Assembly: GCA_964505555.1 (NCBI GenBank)
Contig: CAZDIO010000102.1
Span: forward strand, 13,355 to 77,354
Direction of reading: 5' to 3'
Origin: an uncultured Bdellovibrionales bacterium
GTDB taxonomy: Bacteria; Bdellovibrionota_C; UBA2361; SZUA-149; CAZDIO01
DNA: 64,000 bases
The notes under the pieces are model-generated. The model was not told the DNA's origin, searched no databases, and worked only from the letters and a program-made list of their open reading frames with translations. Positions 29,676 to 38,235 of the stretch are shown here, piece by piece (the first letter of the stretch is position 1; each line of letters begins with the position of its first letter). Made by a program: the position numbers and the translations under genes.

Positions 29676-29822
29676 AACCTCTCCTTTCCGGTGGCTAACC
29701 CCCTTCCAGCCTTATTATGCACGCGAATGCCTAAGGAATTAATCGAGAAATTATGGGAAAATCTTTAGATAAACTTGAAATCTTTGAATTGAGAAAAATA
29801 CTTAACTTACTGAAATAACTAG

Positions 29823-30071
29823 TTAATTACTCCAGTACTGCCCACCCTTTTTAGTAACTCCCCGCCTAAACTGCCAATCTTTCCATGCAAAGGCGAGAAA
29901 AAACATCCCAGATACAATAAACAAACTAGCAACCATAGCCGCAAGAATCCGTGGAAACTCAAGGATCAGTAACCCAAGTGCCACAAAACAAATTCCGAGG
30001 GTGAAAAACATTGAAGTCAGCCCACCCCAAAAATTTGATGCTCTTTGAAAAAACACAACTTGTCGAAACAT
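29823..30071 (-). CDS. Small membrane protein (2-3 TM), unknown function
   Basis: 82 aa with two long hydrophobic segments (GGLTSMFFTLGICFVALGLLILEF; MVASLFIVSGMFFLAFAW). Confidence 0.4.
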   Translation of the reverse strand: MFRQVVFFQRASNFWGGLTSMFFTLGICFVALGLLILEFPRILAAMVASLFIVSGMFFLAFAWKDWQFRRGVTKKGGQYWSN

Positions 30072-30336
30072 CTTTTTATCTCTTACGTAATTAATCTATT
30101 TGAAGTCTGCTATCATCTCGTAAGCACCCCTTGGAAGATAAGGACGTAAGCCAACTTTGGCAAGAGCCGCACCAAGAAAAGCTCTCTTCTGAAGATAGCT
30201 GGGCAAACAGCATTTGATAAAAACTATCGTCAAATACGGTAAATCCGTCGCTACCCCTTCCTGTAGTAGCACTGGGTGTAGATAGAGATACTATCAAAAA
30301 GGGGGGTAAGTGTCATTCCTACCCTTTGGGAATAAC

Positions 30337-30376
30337 AAAGAGGCAGTGGGGTAGCGTTCTACCCTACTGCCTCTTT
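30337..30376 (-). terminator. Stem-loop immediately downstream of the flagellin gene
   Basis: 18-bp stem aaagaggcagtggggtag / ctaccctactgcctcttt (one mismatch) with a 4-nt loop, 20 nt after the flagellin stop. The U-tract on the minus strand is poor (gttatt); the T-run lies on the plus-strand side. Confidence 0.35.
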
Positions 30377-30395
30377 AATAGTCTTTTTTAATTGT

Positions 30396-31259
30396 CTACT
30401 GCAGCAACGTCAACGCCAAGGCTGGCTGTTGATTTGCTTGTGCTAATACTGAAGCACTTGCTTGCTGGAGAATATTTAGTCGCGTAAGTTCCGCCGCTTC
30501 GAACGCTACGTCAACGTCACGGATTCGACTTTCTGCAGCGAGGAAGTTTTCTCGAGCCACTTGCAAGTTACTAATCGCCACATTCAGCCGACTCTCGGTA
30601 GAACCCAATGTTCCTCGAGACGCTGTCAAACTTCCGATGGCGAGGTTAATAGCATCAAGAGCTGATCGTGCAGAGATCTGAGATTCATTCGCCGTTGCCG
30701 CCAAGATCGAAAACAACGGTATAGAACTCCCCTCAACTGCCAACCCAATTGATGCCAAGGTAGCAGAAACTGCAGAGTAGGATACCTGTGAGGTAGTCTG
30801 CCCATCAAACCCTACCTGAAACACCGTCTGTGCTCCTCCAGAGAGAAGGTTTACACCGTTAAATTCAGTTGTTAAGGCGATTCGCTCAATTTCGCTTGAG
30901 AGCGCGAGAAACTCTAAATGCAACGCAGAACGTTGGGTGTTACTAAATACACCGTTGGCTGATTGTTCAGCAAGCTCTGCAAGCCTTGTTAATACGTTTC
31001 CGATCTGCTCCATCGCACCGTCAGTAATGGAGATCATCGAAACACCATCGCTTGCGTTTCGTATGGCGACAGTAGCTACTCGAGAATCTGAACGCAGCTG
31101 ATCGGCGATCGCAAGTCCAGCAGCATCGTCTGATGCTTTGGTAATTCGCAAACCGGACGACAACCGCTCATAGGCTTTCTGTAAACGATCCGTTGTTGAA
31201 CTTAAGTTTCTCTGCGCAGTAAGCGAGGAAACGTTAGTCCGTATATTAATTGTACCCAT
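30396..31259 (-). CDS. fliC: Flagellin (short form, no hypervariable domain)
   Basis: N-terminal INIRTNVSSLTAQRNL...RLSSGLRITKASDDAAGLAIA and C-terminal LTRLNILQQASASVLAQANQQPALALTLLQ. SD aaggaggg. Confidence 0.9.
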   Translation of the reverse strand: MGTINIRTNVSSLTAQRNLSSTTDRLQKAYERLSSGLRITKASDDAAGLAIADQLRSDSRVATVAIRNASDGVSMISITDGAMEQIGNVLTRLAELAEQSANGVFSNTQRSALHLEFLALSSEIERIALTTEFNGVNLLSGGAQTVFQVGFDGQTTSQVSYSAVSATLASIGLAVEGSSIPLFSILAATANESQISARSALDAINLAIGSLTASRGTLGSTESRLNVAISNLQVARENFLAAESRIRDVDVAFEAAELTRLNILQQASASVLAQANQQPALALTLLQ

Positions 31260-31451
31260 TTCTTACCCTCCTTGACACCCTTACACCTCCTCCGAGACCT
31301 CTACTACAACCGATACTGCTCCTAGGAACTCGATCCGTATCCAGCACGGAGATAGGTTTCAGCACTTTTGTGCATGTTAACCAATAAAACGCTCAAGATA
31401 TGTATCGCTAAACTGCTCTGACCAAACAGCTACTACCGTAAGACTACTCCT

Positions 31452-31467
31452 AGCACTTCTCGTGCCA
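31452..31467 (-). promoter_or_regulatory. Sigma-54-type (-24/-12) promoter candidate upstream of flagellin
   Basis: The minus strand reads TGGCACGAGAAGTGCT, which has GG-N10-GC spacing and a TGGCACG -24 box (consensus TGGCAC-N5-TTGCW). It lies 19 nt after the SLT gene stop and about 190 nt upstream of the flagellin ATG. Confidence 0.4.
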
Positions 31468-31485
31468 GGTTTTGTGATCAGCGTC

Positions 31486-32490
31486 TTAGGCGATATTTTG
31501 AAATGGAGTTTCCCGTTTGAGTGCGGCTCGAAGTTCTGCAACACGCGTCACATAAGCCCGAGTACTCGCGGGTAAGTGCGGTTCGATGCTTTCAAAGTTT
31601 GTCGGATCTTTTCCTAAACGAAGTGCCTTCGCTTGTGCTTTTGCAACATTTCCTTCACCTGCGTTAAAGGCAGCGATGGCAAGTTTTTCCAAATCGTCGG
31701 CACTTTTAGCCGGCACGGTTTTTAATCCCGGTCTTAAAAATGTTTCTCGACTAAAAATGTCGTGGAGTTTTCGTAAATACCCCACTCCTAAGTGTGCATT
31801 GAGTCGGGGATCAAAGGGATCATAACCTGCAGGCATTTTGTAACGAACAAGCATCTCACTTGCGGTTTGATCCAGAAGCTGAAATAGCCCCTTTGTTTCA
31901 TGACCATCTTTACTCACCACATGTGGCCTCAGTGATGACTCTGCTTTCGCAACCGCAATACTTAGCTCAGGATCTACACCATGGTACTTCCCTGCTGTCT
32001 TAATAATCTCCTTTATATCCTGACGAGAGTAATCGCTATAAGGCTTAATACTTGCTCGATCTGGGTACACCCTCTTAGCGCTTACAAAAAGTGGGGTGAT
32101 CGGCTTTTCTACTTTTTCTACCGCTGATATTTTTTTGACACTCTCGCTCACCGGATTGACACGGAGCGAGGCATGAATAACCCCACTACTTCCACTTCCA
32201 GAAACTGCAGTAGCGTTCTTTATTAAGGGAGGAAGGTCTGCTTCAAGCATACCGTGCTCTTTGGTGTTAAGATTAGAAACTATCTCACCTGAAGGATTTA
32301 TGGAGGGTGTAGCTTGCTTTAAGTCTTCAGAAGGAGTTGATTTTGCAGCACGCTTTTCAATATCTGAAAGGAGCTCAGAGAAATCCTTCTGATTTGAGCC
32401 ATGGGTGGCCGTATCATTACCGGAGCGACCCCTTGGGGAGTCGATCCTGTTTTGATTTTTCTCGTAGCCTACATTAAATATCGTTGTCAT
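31486..32490 (-). CDS. Lytic transglycosylase (SLT domain) with a long low-complexity N-terminal region
   Basis: C-terminal SLT catalytic block AVAKAESSLRPHVVSKDGHETKGLFQLLD, plus AAFNAGEGNV. The N-terminal ~150 aa are hydrophilic and unassigned. Confidence 0.8.
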   Translation of the reverse strand: MTTIFNVGYEKNQNRIDSPRGRSGNDTATHGSNQKDFSELLSDIEKRAAKSTPSEDLKQATPSINPSGEIVSNLNTKEHGMLEADLPPLIKNATAVSGSGSSGVIHASLRVNPVSESVKKISAVEKVEKPITPLFVSAKRVYPDRASIKPYSDYSRQDIKEIIKTAGKYHGVDPELSIAVAKAESSLRPHVVSKDGHETKGLFQLLDQTASEMLVRYKMPAGYDPFDPRLNAHLGVGYLRKLHDIFSRETFLRPGLKTVPAKSADDLEKLAIAAFNAGEGNVAKAQAKALRLGKDPTNFESIEPHLPASTRAYVTRVAELRAALKRETPFQNIA

Positions 32491-32578
32491 CTGAACTAAT
32501 CCTTCACACTACTAGTGGAGTATTAAAGGATAAGCACGATCCATACCAAACACTTCCTACTAAAAAAGGCAGTTTAAT

Positions 32579-33031
32579 ATGTCACATCACACAGCTGCGA
32601 TTTACTGGAAAAGAGCTACCCCCACATTTACCTACGATGCATATAACCGCGATCATGAGTGGCGCTTTGATAACGGAGTAAAAATAGCGGCATCAGCAAC
32701 CCAAGCCTATCGGGGTAATCCCGCTAACATCGATCCTGAAGAGGCGTATGTCGCCTCACTCTCAAGTTGCCACATGCTGACCTTCTTGGCGTTGTGTTCA
32801 AGAGCAAAGTTCGTTGTTGATACGTACGAAGACACCGCCGAAGGATTATTAGAAAAAAACGCCGCAGGAAAATTAGCGATCACCAAAGTTGTTTTGCGAC
32901 CAAAGATCACCTTTAGTGGAGACAAAGTTCCAAATAGTGCGGAACTAGAGAATCTCCATCACCGCTCCCATGAAGAGTGCTTCATTGCAAATTCCGTCAA
33001 CACAGTGGTGAGTGTTGAGGAGGCTAGCTAG
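32579..33031 (+). CDS. OsmC/Ohr-family peroxiredoxin-like protein
   Basis: 150 aa with the family pattern NPEEAYVASLSSCHMLTF. Confidence 0.8.
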   Translation: MSHHTAAIYWKRATPTFTYDAYNRDHEWRFDNGVKIAASATQAYRGNPANIDPEEAYVASLSSCHMLTFLALCSRAKFVVDTYEDTAEGLLEKNAAGKLAITKVVLRPKITFSGDKVPNSAELENLHHRSHEECFIANSVNTVVSVEEAS

Positions 33032-33063
33032 AGTTGCTCTACGTAACTTCTGGTCAATTTGGA

Positions 33064-33126
33064 TTGAACACAGAGTTTCACAGGGTTACACAGAGTAAAG
33101 ATTTTAAAATTCAACTCTGTGTTCAA
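33064..33126. repeat. A-type palindromic element, copy A1 (right arm truncated)
   Basis: Full left arm ttgaacacagagtttcacagggttacacagagt; the right arm is reduced to ctctgtgttcaa. It lies between convergent genes. Confidence 0.85.
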
Positions 33127-33171
33127 ATAAGATCGGAATGACCTTAGAGCTACCTTCATATTTCTTATTCA

Positions 33172-33408
33172 TTATATCCACTCTTTCATCAGTCGTTTGA
33201 TCTGACTCTGATACGGCACATTTTGTAGATCACATTTATGCCGAAACGCAGCAAGAAGGGTCTGGGGAATTTTTATACTAATGAGTTTACTCTTTTCTGG
33301 CCGTTCATTCATGAGCCGAAAATCTTCAAGAAAACGTGCTATTTCATCCGGAGAGAGCTTCTTTGAATGATGAAGATACTCTTTAGAAAAAAACTGAACA
33401 CTTTTCAT
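33172..33408 (-). CDS. BrnA/CopG-like antitoxin-type small protein
   Basis: 78 aa. The C-terminal ISIKIPQTLLAAFRHKCDLQNVPYQSQIKRLMKEW resembles the ribbon-helix-helix BrnA pattern (..IPYQTLI..). Confidence 0.5.
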   Translation of the reverse strand: MKSVQFFSKEYLHHSKKLSPDEIARFLEDFRLMNERPEKSKLISIKIPQTLLAAFRHKCDLQNVPYQSQIKRLMKEWI

Positions 33409-33414
33409 CTCTTC

Positions 33415-33882
33415 TTACTCTCTACTTAATTCTTGTAGCGCTTCAATATCGGCGAGATCTTGTGGTCGACCCGCTTCTTGTTTCATTCGAATAAGATCTG
33501 ACAATGAAAGAAGGGAGATACTTGTTTGCTGAACCCGAACACGTTTTGTTCTTTGGGTCGAAAGATCATGGGTAATAATGATGTCAACAAGCTCTGCTGG
33601 AGTACGCGGATTTACAAAACTCCATGCAGTAAGGTTTCGATTCTTAATGTACTCCTTTCGAAATTTAAACACCTCTTTGGCGGTGATCGGAAGCTTTGCT
33701 TGAAGGCCGATACTATTTAGCGCCGCTTCCGCCTTTATAAACTGCTCCTCTTCAAAACGAAGAATAATGTCAATGTCGAGCGTTCCTCGTACCGCCCCAT
33801 GAAGAGATACGGCATATCCACCAACAAGTGCATACTTAACGTGGTTCGTATCTAAGGCCTTAATAACGCTTAAAAGAAACAT
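33415..33882 (-). CDS. Nucleotidyltransferase-fold protein (AbiEii/DUF6036-like), putative toxin partner
   Basis: N-terminal YALVGGYAVSLHGAVRGTLDIDIIL (the GG...G..R.T.DiD NTase signature) and C-terminal LIRMKQEAGRPQDLADIEAL. It lies 6 nt upstream of the BrnA-like gene. Confidence 0.5.
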   Translation of the reverse strand: MFLLSVIKALDTNHVKYALVGGYAVSLHGAVRGTLDIDIILRFEEEQFIKAEAALNSIGLQAKLPITAKEVFKFRKEYIKNRNLTAWSFVNPRTPAELVDIIITHDLSTQRTKRVRVQQTSISLLSLSDLIRMKQEAGRPQDLADIEALQELSRE

Positions 33883-33997
33883 GGTATATACTAGTATATA
33901 CCTAGAGCGTTATTAATACAATGCTTATTTTTTTGCTCCGTTATTTAGTTTAAATCCCATAACAAGGTAGCTGTACGGTATTTCATAAGGGGGTTTT

Positions 33998-34882
33998 ATG
34001 TCACGTTTTGCAGCGCTTCGCGCTATTGCTACGTCTGCGGGGGTAGACGGTCCAGGCACCTATCTTCCAAAAGTAATAGAGAAAATTCCGAGAGATCAAT
34101 TACACCTTCCAAATGCAGCGAGCGTCTCAGATCAAAGCGAACCAAATAATACCGAACAAAAAAGCATCATTGAGTGGAATAAAACCCCTCCTCCTGTTGT
34201 CGCTCAAGAAAACGTAAGAGGGGGTATCGAAATCGGGGCTGGTGAGGATCTTCAAAATCCGCAGGTATCTAATAAAGTCGCCACCGCCCAAAAAGCTTTA
34301 GCTCGTGTAAATGAAGTGCAAAAAGAGATCTGGTCAAATGCCCACCTCTGGAGCTCTCTTCCTAACGTTGATGATTTTAAAGAGAGAAGTTCTCAACAGA
34401 TTCAACAATTAACAAATGGCCTTACTAGTCCTGATCTCAGTGGGGTGTTTGCCGATTTAAATCAATCGGTACAGGAGAAGGCAAATAGGATTGAGCTCCG
34501 TCTAAAACAACTTGGAGTTGATCCAGCTGAGGCCGGTCATTGTAAGGAGCTGTTCTTAACAGTCGATCCGTTAAGTGGCTTTGCTAAAAACCTCCCGCAA
34601 GATAGCGCGGGACTAAAACAACAGTTGTCTCTAATGACCCCTGACTCAAGGCGGCTAGCCCTTCAAGCTTGGGTATCTAAAGAAACTGCAAAAGCACTCG
34701 AGCCAGTTGTGGGAAGGGAAAACTCTGCGCGGATTGAAACGATCTTACATCAACTGAGTTTTGAAGTTGATCGTTCGCTCGGACAGGTAGCAGCAACAAT
34801 TGCAGTTCGTCGAGAGTTTCCTGCTCAGACGCCCCATTTCATAACGAATGACGCGGTAAACCAGATGTGGGGAAAAAAGTAG
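33998..34882 (+). CDS. Hypothetical protein, no family recognised
   Basis: 294 aa, hydrophilic, with no obvious signal peptide. SD aaggggg lies 4 nt before the ATG. Confidence 0.45.
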   Translation: MSRFAALRAIATSAGVDGPGTYLPKVIEKIPRDQLHLPNAASVSDQSEPNNTEQKSIIEWNKTPPPVVAQENVRGGIEIGAGEDLQNPQVSNKVATAQKALARVNEVQKEIWSNAHLWSSLPNVDDFKERSSQQIQQLTNGLTSPDLSGVFADLNQSVQEKANRIELRLKQLGVDPAEAGHCKELFLTVDPLSGFAKNLPQDSAGLKQQLSLMTPDSRRLALQAWVSKETAKALEPVVGRENSARIETILHQLSFEVDRSLGQVAATIAVRREFPAQTPHFITNDAVNQMWGKK

Positions 34883-34923
34883 CGCGGGAATGAATAGTAG
34901 TAAACCGGACCGTTTTAAGTTTG

Positions 34924-34968
34924 CAAGAACTTGTCTTTCTGTCGTTGCGATACCTAAAGTGGAACTGC
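34924..34968. repeat. C-type element, internally deleted copy (C4)
   Basis: caagaacttgtctttctgtcgttgcga joined to tacctaaagtggaactgct. Compare the C1 left arm and the C1 right flank (tacagctaaagtggaattgct). Confidence 0.45.
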
Positions 34969-35117
34969 TCTAGTCACATCTTATGAAAAATCAAAATTAC
35001 TTAATTACAGGAGACACATGTAGATAAAAAACAGCCATAACTATTAATGAAAGTTGATGATGTAAAGGTTACCAGTTACGAAAATTTTCGTAACCATAAT
35101 TTAGTAGGGGGAGATAT

Positions 35118-35306
35118 ATGAGACAGTTAATTAGCGCCTTTGTTCTCTTAAGCATGTTGATAGCGTTTTGTACTTCAAACGCTTTTGCGGCACATATTAG
35201 AGAAGAAACTTATTGCGTAAAGGATCTGGGGTGTTTTTCATGCATGGTGTCAGGCTTTATTGATAATCAGACAGGACGCATCATTGGTGGATGCTATCCT
35301 CTGTAG
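35118..35306 (+). CDS. Small secreted cysteine-rich peptide
   Basis: 62 aa. Signal peptide ...LIAFCTSNAFA/AH, then a 38-aa mature part with 4 Cys (CVKDLGCFSCMV...GGCYPL). Strong SD gggggaga. Confidence 0.5.
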   Translation: MRQLISAFVLLSMLIAFCTSNAFAAHIREETYCVKDLGCFSCMVSGFIDNQTGRIIGGCYPL

Positions 35307-35338
35307 ATTGTCAAAAAGAAAGCGTGTAGCGAACTGCC

Positions 35339-35371
35339 AAAAAAAACAGCGCCAGCTCTTTGAGGTCGCTG
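35339..35371 (-). terminator. Rho-independent terminator candidate for icd
   Basis: The minus strand reads cagcgacc-tcaaagagct-ggcgctg followed by T8, a 7-bp bulged stem. It starts 17 nt after the icd stop. Confidence 0.45.
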
Positions 35372-35387
35372 ACGTTTCCTGAGATCA

Positions 35388-36614
35388 CTACATCCGAGAA
35401 ACCATTGCCTCAGCAAACCCTGAGCAGGACACCTCGGTCGGTTTCTCCATTCCTCGGGCAAGGTCGTATGTGACGATCCCCTCCCCGATTGTTTTAGCAA
35501 AGGAATCCTCAATAAGTTTTCCAACCTCTGTCCACCCAAGATGCTCAAACATCATCTTCCCAGAGAGCATTAACGAACCGGGGTTGACCTTATCCTTTCC
35601 TGCATACTTCGGAGCAGTACCGTGCGTTGCTTCAAAAATGGAGGCTTCAACACCGATATTTGCTCCCGGTGCAAGACCAAGTCCTCCAACTTGAGCAGCA
35701 AGTGCGTCAGAGAGATAATCTCCATTTAAGTTCGTGGTGGCGATTACTGAATAGTCCTTCGGTCGGGTTTGAACCTGTTGAAACATGTTATCTGCGATAC
35801 AGTCCTTAATGAGGATCTTCCCTGGTGGCACAGCTCCGTTATGATTTTTGTTTACCTCTTCTTCTGAGATCGTAAAGGGAGCAAACTTCTCTTTTGCAAG
35901 TTTATACCCCCACTCACGAAACCCTCCTTCGGTAAACTTCATAATATTACCTTTGTGAACAAGGGTAACACTGGTGCATCTCATCGCCACCGCATACTCA
36001 ATGGCCATCGCAATTAATCTTTTTGAACCAAACTCACTAATCGGTTTAATCCCTATCGCACTCCCCTCTCGAATTTTTTTCCCTGAGATCTCTTCAATAG
36101 TTTGTGCGAGTTTTTTTGCCTCAGCGCTTCCGGCCTGAAATTCAATCCCCGCATAGACATCTTCTGTGTTTTCGCGAAAGACGATCATGTTTACATCTTG
36201 AGGACGTTTTGCTGGACTAGGCACTCCAGGAAAATATCGAATTGGCCGCACACAAGCGTAGAGATCAAGAACTTGACGAAGCGTTACATTAATTGAACGC
36301 ACCCCTCCCCCAACCGGTGTTGTGAGCGGACCTTTGATCGCAACTTTGTGTTCCTTAATGGCTGTTAAGGTATCATCTGGAAGCCAATTCCCGGTTTGAT
36401 TAAAGGATTTCTCTCCTGCAAGAATCTCAACCCAGGTAACTGATCTCTTTCCTTGAAAGGCACGTTTTATTGCAGCATCAAACACCATCTGTGAAGCTCG
36501 CCACACATCGGGTCCAACCCCGTCCCCTTCAATGTATGGGATCAGCACCTGGTCAGGAACTCGCAACTTCCCTCCCTCACCAAGTGTTATTTTCTGTGCG
36601 CTTCCTTCAGCCAT
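35388..36614 (-). CDS. icd: Isocitrate dehydrogenase (NADP-dependent, homodimeric bacterial type)
   Basis: Blocks [22 protein letters not shown] and [27 protein letters not shown]. The 408-aa length fits. Confidence 0.92.
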   Translation of the reverse strand: MAEGSAQKITLGEGGKLRVPDQVLIPYIEGDGVGPDVWRASQMVFDAAIKRAFQGKRSVTWVEILAGEKSFNQTGNWLPDDTLTAIKEHKVAIKGPLTTPVGGGVRSINVTLRQVLDLYACVRPIRYFPGVPSPAKRPQDVNMIVFRENTEDVYAGIEFQAGSAEAKKLAQTIEEISGKKIREGSAIGIKPISEFGSKRLIAMAIEYAVAMRCTSVTLVHKGNIMKFTEGGFREWGYKLAKEKFAPFTISEEEVNKNHNGAVPPGKILIKDCIADNMFQQVQTRPKDYSVIATTNLNGDYLSDALAAQVGGLGLAPGANIGVEASIFEATHGTAPKYAGKDKVNPGSLMLSGKMMFEHLGWTEVGKLIEDSFAKTIGEGIVTYDLARGMEKPTEVSCSGFAEAMVSRM

Positions 36615-36657
36615 GAATTCTCCTTTCCAAGAGCGGTGCTAAGTTTTATCAGCCCCG

Positions 36658-38235
36658 CTAAACGCTACGATTCCTTTCTCGTTTTCTTTTCCAAGTTTCA
36701 AAGTCTACTACCGCAATTTTTTTTGCAAGCTCCTCACGAACACATCCTTCAACCGCTTCATGAAGACTTCTTCGATCAAGAGCGGTTTTTAAGCAGTTCA
36801 TCTTCTTTTCAACCTGATCATAGAGGTTTGAAAGAGACTCAGAAGAGAGTGTTTTTCGATAGCGATCGACTTCGGTAGAGAGGTATTCCTGATACTCTTT
36901 TTTCTCAACTGGATTGGCCTCTCCCCGCCCGCTAGAGATTGGGGCTTTTGGAAAGTCCCGCCCAGTATTTTTAAGGATTTTCTCTTCAAAACTCCGGGGA
37001 ATAATGAATTTATGTGGAGTTTCTACTGCCCGATAGAGAAAACCTACCCGATTTTTTGAGACTTTCGTATCATTTGTTTGCACAAGAAAATCGTAATAGG
37101 AGATGATTTTATCAACTTGTAAAAGTTCTGCGGCGTTTTTTTCACTGAGCAGCCGTTTTGCTTGCGAGAGATGAATGCCTCGCGAAAGCAGAGCTTCAAT
37201 GGCTCCTTGTCGTTGTGATTCTAGATCAGTAGAACTGCGTTGGGAGGAATCTTTTTGAAAAACAGGGGGCGAAGAAAGGATAAAGCTTCCTTGCTGCGTG
37301 TGATTTCTAGGAAGAGGGCTCTCTGTTTGCTGGAGATGTTTTTGAGATACGATCTCTTTTCCGGAATGAAAGCGCACAACGGTCTCTACGCCCCTACCTG
37401 CAAACTCATAACTTGAGAGAAACCCAAGCGCTTTTAACTCCTCGCACGCTGGTTCAATTTGTTGCTTAATCTGGGAGATGTATTGATAACTTCGAGAAAG
37501 TCCTAACTTCTCAAAGGCAAAGGTAACAAGTGGTTTTTCAATACTTGATTTGTAGTAAAAATGCTTATCAAGATACCGGTAGAGCCTTCGACTTACAGCA
37601 CTTCGAAGTGAGAAATAAAGGGTTAAATCAAGCTTTTTTATAAACCCTGATTTAAAAGAATGAAAAAGTGCCTCACTCCAAATAAAATAACTCTTTGAAG
37701 CCTCAGCCCCAGAGAGGGCTTTGTTCCCTCGCCCATCGTTTATTTCGTAGGCATCGATAATTCCGAAATTTCTTGTTTGATAGGCTTTTGAAGCATTATC
37801 AAAAAACGCATTTGCTGCCCGAATTCGAACCCCGCTTAAGCGATCAAGTGATTTTGTAAGGCGGGAGTAGCTTCGCCCTTCTGTGGTCCAGCGTAAGATT
37901 CCTAAAAGCTCATACCGGGTAAAATATACCTTTCGGTTTCGAAACCCTTGATCCATCGTTAACCGCATCAAGCCAAGAAGGACATCATCATCCGTAGCGG
38001 TGGGGAGTCCAAACTTGTCTGCCCCGGTAATAATCCACTGGCGTTCAATCACCTCCCCACTGGGGAGCCGTTGGTTGTCACGAAACTCAAGGGTTTTTAC
38101 CTTTGAGTTTGTGCGTGTCGAGAGAACCGCGAGGGGAAACTCTGCAAGGTTCATCTCATCACGTGAGGTAAGCACTACCTCGGATGAGGAGACTTCACGA
38201 TCTTCGGCTCTTTGTTGGTAGAGGGTTTGCTGCAT
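36658..38235 (-). CDS. Replication initiator protein A-like (plasmid-type RepA)
   Basis: The N-terminal region EMNLAEFPLAVLSTR...WIITGADKFGLPTATDDDVLLGLMRL matches my recollection of the 'replication initiator protein A' family. It is divergent from parAB across a 0.9-kb non-coding region. Confidence 0.6.
   Translation of the reverse strand: MQQTLYQQRAEDREVSSSEVVLTSRDEMNLAEFPLAVLSTRTNSKVKTLEFRDNQRLPSGEVIERQWIITGADKFGLPTATDDDVLLGLMRLTMDQGFRNRKVYFTRYELLGILRWTTEGRSYSRLTKSLDRLSGVRIRAANAFFDNASKAYQTRNFGIIDAYEINDGRGNKALSGAEASKSYFIWSEALFHSFKSGFIKKLDLTLYFSLRSAVSRRLYRYLDKHFYYKSSIEKPLVTFAFEKLGLSRSYQYISQIKQQIEPACEELKALGFLSSYEFAGRGVETVVRFHSGKEIVSQKHLQQTESPLPRNHTQQGSFILSSPPVFQKDSSQRSSTDLESQRQGAIEALLSRGIHLSQAKRLLSEKNAAELLQVDKIISYYDFLVQTNDTKVSKNRVGFLYRAVETPHKFIIPRSFEEKILKNTGRDFPKAPISSGRGEANPVEKKEYQEYLSTEVDRYRKTLSSESLSNLYDQVEKKMNCLKTALDRRSLHEAVEGCVREELAKKIAVVDFETWKRKRERNRSV

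Noticed and set aside
29474-29677. 67-aa plus-strand ORF
   Set aside because: It is the antisense shadow of the Flp pilin gene, which has an SD and a family motif. The plus-strand ORF has neither.
30091-30297. 68-aa minus-strand ORF downstream of flagellin (possible flaG/fliS-like gene)
   Set aside because: It has a TTG start with no SD and no resemblance to FlaG, FliS or FliD. It lies partly beyond the stem-loop that follows fliC. It could still be a tiny CxxC protein, but I cannot support it.
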